Below, one piece after another: positions 59,676 through 64,000 of a DNA stretch of 64,000 nt. A model generated the notes under the pieces. It did not search any database and was not told the DNA's origin. It saw nothing but the letters and a program-made list of their open reading frames with translations. Origin of the DNA: Acidobacteriota bacterium (GTDB taxonomy: Bacteria; Acidobacteriota; Terriglobia; Terriglobales; Acidobacteriaceae). The translations under genes were made by a program, and so were the position numbers. Position 1 is the stretch's first letter; each line of letters opens with the position of its first letter. The DNA lies in NCBI GenBank assembly GCA_021779935.1, contig JAJXZT010000064.1, positions 62,461 through 126,460 on the forward strand. Direction: 5' to 3'.

Positions 59676-59750
59676 AGTTTCGAGTTTTGAGAAAGTGTAA
59701 CGGAATAGTTTCGAGTTTCGAGAAGTATAAAAACCAAAGACAAAAGCAAA
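59676..59750. repeat. second cluster of AGTTTCG 7-mers plus a CAAAAG-rich tract
   Basis: AGTTTCG AGTTTTG (59676-59689) and AGTTTCG AGTTTCG (59707-59720). CAAAGACAAAAGCAAA (59735-59750) is identical to 55414-55429. Confidence 0.9.
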
Positions 59751-60001
59751 AACCGCAGTCAAGCAAAAGAGGCGTGAATGGGAGGTCGCCTCTCTACAAA
59801 CCCACATCTGCCAACCGCCGGCAGATATGAGACACCGGGCGTTCGGATTTGCGGCGATAAGGAACACGCGCAATCCATAGCCGCCTTTACAAATTTACAG
59901 ACAGGGTATTCGGGCATAATTCAGCGCTATTCAGAGCTTTTTCGATTGACACCTGCGGTTGGCTCCGGGATGATTCACGAACGTTGGTACCGGGAGCACA
60001 C

Positions 60002-63000
60002 GTGGTTTATTCCAAGGGCAAGACTGCGTCGCTGATTATCTTCATTGTTTTAGTTAGCGCATTTGGCACATTTGCATTTCCACAAGTAGAAGCTGGTGCT
60101 GTCCGCCGTATCACCACGAGCATCGACAACAGCGAGACGGTGACTTTGGCGGGACAAGTTCATTATTTGGCGCGACGCCAATTTGATCACGGAGAAGTCG
60201 CTCCCGATCTTCCAATGGACCGCATCAATCTCCTCTTACGGGGAACTCCTGAACAGGAAACCGCACTGCAGCAACTACTGATCGAACAGCAGGACCCGAA
60301 CTCACCGAAGTATCACCAGTGGCTTACTCCAGAACAGTTCGGGGAGAAGTTCGGCGCCAGTGTGGCCGACCTACAGACGATCACGAACTGGCTAAGCCAG
60401 CAGGGATTTCACGACATTGTGGTTGGAAAAGGACGTCGCTCCATCGAATTCAGCGGGGCGGCAGCGCAGGTCGAGCAGGCCTTCCATACTGAAATCCACA
60501 AGTTCAGCGCTAATGGCACGGCGTTCATCGCCAACTCCACGGCACCCACGATCCCGGTCGCGTTTGCACCGGTTATCCGCGGTTTCGCGTCTCTCAATAA
60601 TTACCCGCATCGGGCTTCGGTTCGGATCCTGAAGCGAGCCCCGGTGGCGATCAGGCGAGGCGCAGACGCAAAGCCACAGTTCAACTTGGCGAGCGGTGGC
60701 AATGCTCTTGCACCGGGCGACTTCGCGACCATCTATAACGTGGCGCCGCTTTGGAAGAACGGGGTGGATGGCACCGGTCAGTCAATCGCAGTGGTGGGAC
60801 GCAGCGGCCTGTATGGCTCTGATCCGTCGTCTTTTAGAAACATCTTTGGGATGCCTCCCGAGGATTGGACGATGATTGTCAACGGCGGCGATCCAGGAGT
60901 CGGGTCGACCGGAGACGTGGTGGAAGCGTCACTCGATATTGAGTGGGCGGGTGCAGTCGCGAAGAACGCCAAGATCTACTACGTTGCGACGAAGAGTACC
61001 AATGCCAGCGATGGCGTGGACCTCTCGGCGCAATACGTGGTGGACCACAACCTGGCCGGGATTCTCAGCGTCAGTTATGGATTTTGCGAAGCGGAGCAAT
61101 CGGCGGATACGTTCTACCAGATGCTGTGGCAACAGGCGGCAGCCCAGGGAATCTCGGTGTTCGTATCGGCGGGCGATAGCGGTTCGGCGGGCTGCGATGA
61201 TCCCACGGTGAAGTCGCCCTCCACGCACGGATTGTCGGTTAGCGGCTTAGCGTCGACGCCAGATAATGTCGCAGTCGGCGGCACGGCACTCAATGATGCT
61301 CCCACGCCGTCCGTTTACTGGAGTGCGACCAACGATGCGGCCAAAGCATCGGCCCTGAGCTACATCCCAGAGACGACCTGGAACGACAGCAGTTCGACGA
61401 GCATTAAGGCCGGATCAGGAGGCGTGAGTTCGATATACGCGACACCTATATGGCAGTCCGGTGCGGGAGTTCCTACCTCGGACCCTGGAACGACTGGCCA
61501 ACACCACCGCTACCTGCCGGATGTGTCACTCAGCGCGGCAGGGCATGTACCGTACCTGGTTTGCGCCATGAGCAGTTGCTCAATGGCCGATTCGAATGGG
61601 CAGCTGGAGTTATACCAGGTTTATGGAACGTCGGTTTCGTCACCAGCCTTCGCCGGCATTATGGCCCTGGTGGACCAAAGCGCCGGAGGACGACAGGGCA
61701 ATCCGAACTTTCATTTCTACCCGCTGGCACAGACGGCTGGTATCTTCCACGACATCACCACCGGAACGAACGCGGTACCATGCTCGTCCGGAACCGGATG
61801 CTCGAATGGAGTGCTCAGCGGTTATGCCGCGGGCTCAGGATACGACCTTGCGACCGGATGGGGCTCAGTTGATGCAAACGCGCTGGTGAACAATTGGAGC
61901 AACGTGAGTTTCCTGCCGAGCTCGATTACTGCGAGTGCGACTCCAACCAGTTTCGTGCACGGTTCCACCCTCAACTTCACGGCGACCGTGAGTACGAGTT
62001 CGGGTACTCCGAGCGGTGTTGTGGACGCCTACGAAGTGCAGAACAACACTACAACGGAGCTGGGAAGCGCGGTGCTGGCGAACGGGGTGGCGACAGGATC
62101 CACGACGAAGGCTCCCGGGGGAAGCGGCAATTTGTACCTGAGGTACGCAGGAGACGGCATTTACGGTAGCAGTGTTTCAAGCGCCATTCCGATCACCGTG
62201 GCACTGGAGGGTGTAAACGTCACGATGGATCCTCCGTCGAAAACACTCGCATTGGGAGAATTCACGGGTACGACGGTGACGGTGGCAGCGCAGTCGGGCA
62301 ACGGGACGCCAACCGGAATGGTAACCCTCACATATGGCGGGAAGACCCTGGGCCAGGAGACGTTAAACAATGGCGCCGCATCGCTGGTAGAGGCATGGTC
62401 ACCGCCAGGAGTGGGCACTTACCAGCTCAACGTGAATTACAGCGGAGACGATAGCTACGATGCGTCGATAACGCAGTGGCCGCTGACCTTCACGCAGGGG
62501 AAGCCCCCGGTCATCCTTTTCTGCAATAACCTGGGGCGCGATGTAGTAGCCGGAACGTCCGTGCCGTGTAACGCGAACGTGTCAACTGTTTTTGGGCCTC
62601 CCGCAAGCGGCACCATCCAGTTCACCGATAACAACGCCGCGATCGGTTCGGCCCTGTCATACACAGGTTCGAACGTGACTCTCGATATTGGAACGTTGCC
62701 CACTGGAGCGCACAACGTCGGCGCACAGTATTCAGGCGACACCAATTACCTCCCCAACTCGGCGAATACCTGGGCCACGTTCAATGTAGTCAGCAAAGGG
62801 ACGGTGGGATTGCAAATCAGCGGCCAGAACACGCAAAAACCTGGTTCCGGCAGCAATCTATCCCTGTCTGTCAGTGCGATGCAACTTGGCCCATCCTTGA
62901 ATGGGACGGCGACCCTGTATGACGACTCTACTGTGCTGGCCACGTACCAGATATCAGGGGGATCGCAGTGGAGCATGACCGCGTATTTCAACACTGCGAC

Positions 63001-63631
63001 GGCAGCGATGGCGACCGGCACGCATCCGTTGAAGTTGAGCTACACAGGCGATCCGACGTATGCGGATGCGACTTCCACGGTCTTCAACCTTTTGATCTCA
63101 AATCCTGATTTCACGATCACGGGGCTCAACGACATCACCCTGAAGCAGGGGGATCACTGGCTTAGCTACCCTACTATTCAGCCTATTTCGGGCTTAACAG
63201 GCCCGGTGAACCTCAGTTGCACAGGCGCACCCAGCGAGGCAACCTGCACCATCGACTCGCCCGCACAGATCAATTCGACTCCTTCCCTGAACATCACGAC
63301 AACGGCTCCCCAAGTGGGATGGAATCACAGCCCGTGGGAGAAGCCATTCGTCTTCGCGATGCTTCCTTTTGCCGGTATGCTGGCTGGGTTCTCGCGGATG
63401 AAACGCTGGCGCAAACTCCTATGGATTTGTCTTTTCGTTGTGGCTCTCGCACTGAGTATGACGTCGTGCGGCGGAGGCGGAGGCAGCTCAAGTAGTCCAT
63501 CCGCACCGAGCGGAGGTACTAAAGATCCTGGCACTCCGACGGGAACCTACACGCTCACCATCACCGCAACGTATGGGACAGGAACTTCAGCGATTACGCA
63601 TTCCTATCCGTTCAAATTGACCGTGCAGTAG
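60002..63631 (+). CDS. secreted S53 (sedolisin/kumamolisin-type) peptidase with Ig-like repeats and a hydrophobic C-terminal module
   Basis: I prefer the GTG at 60002, 5 nt after GGGAG, which gives the signal peptide ...LIIFIVLVSAFGTFAFPQVEA. Pro-kumamolisin-like prodomain (HQWLTPEQFGEKFG). Catalytic segments are SLDIEWAG, SAGDSGSAGCDD and GTSVSSPAFAG. At least four Ig-like repeats carry Y[SAT]GD motifs. Confidence 0.85.
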   Translation: MVYSKGKTASLIIFIVLVSAFGTFAFPQVEAGAVRRITTSIDNSETVTLAGQVHYLARRQFDHGEVAPDLPMDRINLLLRGTPEQETALQQLLIEQQDPNSPKYHQWLTPEQFGEKFGASVADLQTITNWLSQQGFHDIVVGKGRRSIEFSGAAAQVEQAFHTEIHKFSANGTAFIANSTAPTIPVAFAPVIRGFASLNNYPHRASVRILKRAPVAIRRGADAKPQFNLASGGNALAPGDFATIYNVAPLWKNGVDGTGQSIAVVGRSGLYGSDPSSFRNIFGMPPEDWTMIVNGGDPGVGSTGDVVEASLDIEWAGAVAKNAKIYYVATKSTNASDGVDLSAQYVVDHNLAGILSVSYGFCEAEQSADTFYQMLWQQAAAQGISVFVSAGDSGSAGCDDPTVKSPSTHGLSVSGLASTPDNVAVGGTALNDAPTPSVYWSATNDAAKASALSYIPETTWNDSSSTSIKAGSGGVSSIYATPIWQSGAGVPTSDPGTTGQHHRYLPDVSLSAAGHVPYLVCAMSSCSMADSNGQLELYQVYGTSVSSPAFAGIMALVDQSAGGRQGNPNFHFYPLAQTAGIFHDITTGTNAVPCSSGTGCSNGVLSGYAAGSGYDLATGWGSVDANALVNNWSNVSFLPSSITASATPTSFVHGSTLNFTATVSTSSGTPSGVVDAYEVQNNTTTELGSAVLANGVATGSTTKAPGGSGNLYLRYAGDGIYGSSVSSAIPITVALEGVNVTMDPPSKTLALGEFTGTTVTVAAQSGNGTPTGMVTLTYGGKTLGQETLNNGAASLVEAWSPPGVGTYQLNVNYSGDDSYDASITQWPLTFTQGKPPVILFCNNLGRDVVAGTSVPCNANVSTVFGPPASGTIQFTDNNAAIGSALSYTGSNVTLDIGTLPTGAHNVGAQYSGDTNYLPNSANTWATFNVVSKGTVGLQISGQNTQKPGSGSNLSLSVSAMQLGPSLNGTATLYDDSTVLATYQISGGSQWSMTAYFNTATAAMATGTHPLKLSYTGDPTYADATSTVFNLLISNPDFTITGLNDITLKQGDHWLSYPTIQPISGLTGPVNLSCTGAPSEATCTIDSPAQINSTPSLNITTTAPQVGWNHSPWEKPFVFAMLPFAGMLAGFSRMKRWRKLLWICLFVVALALSMTSCGGGGGSSSSPSAPSGGTKDPGTPTGTYTLTITATYGTGTSAITHSYPFKLTVQ

Positions 63632-63861
63632 AAGATGTCCTGCGTGTATGGAGTGTCGGATGGCGCCGTTATCGGGCCACCCATGGAAACCTCTACACGC
63701 GCCGATACCTCACAAAGGGCTGTGGCAATGTGGGTGCGCGGAGGGGTGGGACGGCGTATGATGTTCGGTGCCAAATCAGCGCGGGGATTGAAGGGTGCTG
63801 GTTTGGACCTGCGGGCGAAACTTCTCGGGCACGATTTTCAGGGAAAACCTGGAGCAATTTT

Positions 63862-64000
63862 ATGAGACGAAGAATACTCCTGATCGTAGCGATGGTTTGT
63901 GTGCTGGCCAGCCTGGCAGCAGCAGACGAAGGAATGTGGCTGTATAACAAGGCGCCGGTGAACAGGATCAAGGCGAAATACGGCTTTGAGCCGACGCAGG
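63862..64000 (+). CDS. S46 (DPP7/DPP11-like) peptidase, N-terminal fragment running off the right edge
   Basis: ATG at 63862, after GGAG. MRRRILLIVAMVCVLASLAAADEGMWLYNK: a signal peptide followed by the DEGMW motif typical of mature S46 N-termini. Only 46 codons are visible. Confidence 0.55.
   Translation, partial: MRRRILLIVAMVCVLASLAAADEGMWLYNKAPVNRIKAKYGFEPTQ

Noticed and set aside
63398-63631. Independent 77-aa lipoprotein gene nested in-frame at the end of the S53 peptidase ORF
   Set aside because: There is no ribosome-binding site upstream of the ATG, and the frame is continuous with the large ORF. It is kept only as an alternative within the C-terminal-module finding.

Overview
This is a GC-rich (roughly 57-58% by eye) bacterial chromosomal segment. 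The gene content looks Acidobacteria-like: TPR-tailed Ser/Thr kinase, S53 sedolisin with Ig-like repeats, cytochrome b-c fusion, and many PAS/REC hybrid kinases. That taxonomic call is inference only. All functions below come from reading the supplied translations and the DNA for motifs; no homology search was possible.

Gene order, left to right:
- Minus-strand exopolysaccharide export operon: AAA+ regulator, Wza-like export protein, OM beta-barrel, Wzz-like co-polymerase, ExeA-like ATPase running off the left edge.
- Polytopic membrane protein.
- Cytochrome bc-type cluster (cytochrome c, Rieske, cytochrome b fused to a c-haem domain), preceded by an OM beta-barrel carrying an N-terminal CXXCH.
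- OMP gene remnant, then a methionine-gamma-lyase-family enzyme.
- Two paralogous secreted Cys-rich proteins with an internally duplicated Rap1a/Tai4-like pattern.
- Initiator-type tRNA-Met.
- Divergent phosphorelay: REC-PAS-HK, hybrid HK with two REC domains, and an Hpt protein.
- EXORDIUM/PHI-1-like secreted protein.
- Homogentisate operon hppD-hmgA-unknown-fahA.
- AddB/AddA-like nuclease-helicase pair, an MFS transporter and an ArsB/NhaD-type transporter.
- Six-gene minus-strand signalling block: degenerate GGDEF, FliA-like sigma factor, HD-GYP response regulator, NtrC-like regulator, pseudo-receiver, PAS hybrid kinase.
- Two hypothetical membrane proteins.
- aceE-aceF-lpdA.
- Ser/Thr kinase, then an MmcB-like PD-(D/E)XK protein.
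- An exported galM plus Tat-GH2 pair bracketed by unusual simple-sequence repeats.
- Large S53 peptidase, and the start of an S46-like peptidase.

I found no rRNA, CRISPR array, transposase, integrase or prophage genes.

Most interesting candidates:
- The unknown ORF translationally coupled inside the homogentisate operon, where maleylacetoacetate isomerase would be expected.
- The tandem Rap1a-like double-domain proteins.
- The haem-motif OM barrel next to the bc complex.
- Two enhancer-binding-type AAA+ regulators that both lack the GAFTGA loop.
- The c-di-GMP/sigma-factor module.
- The repeat families flanking the galM-GH2 block.
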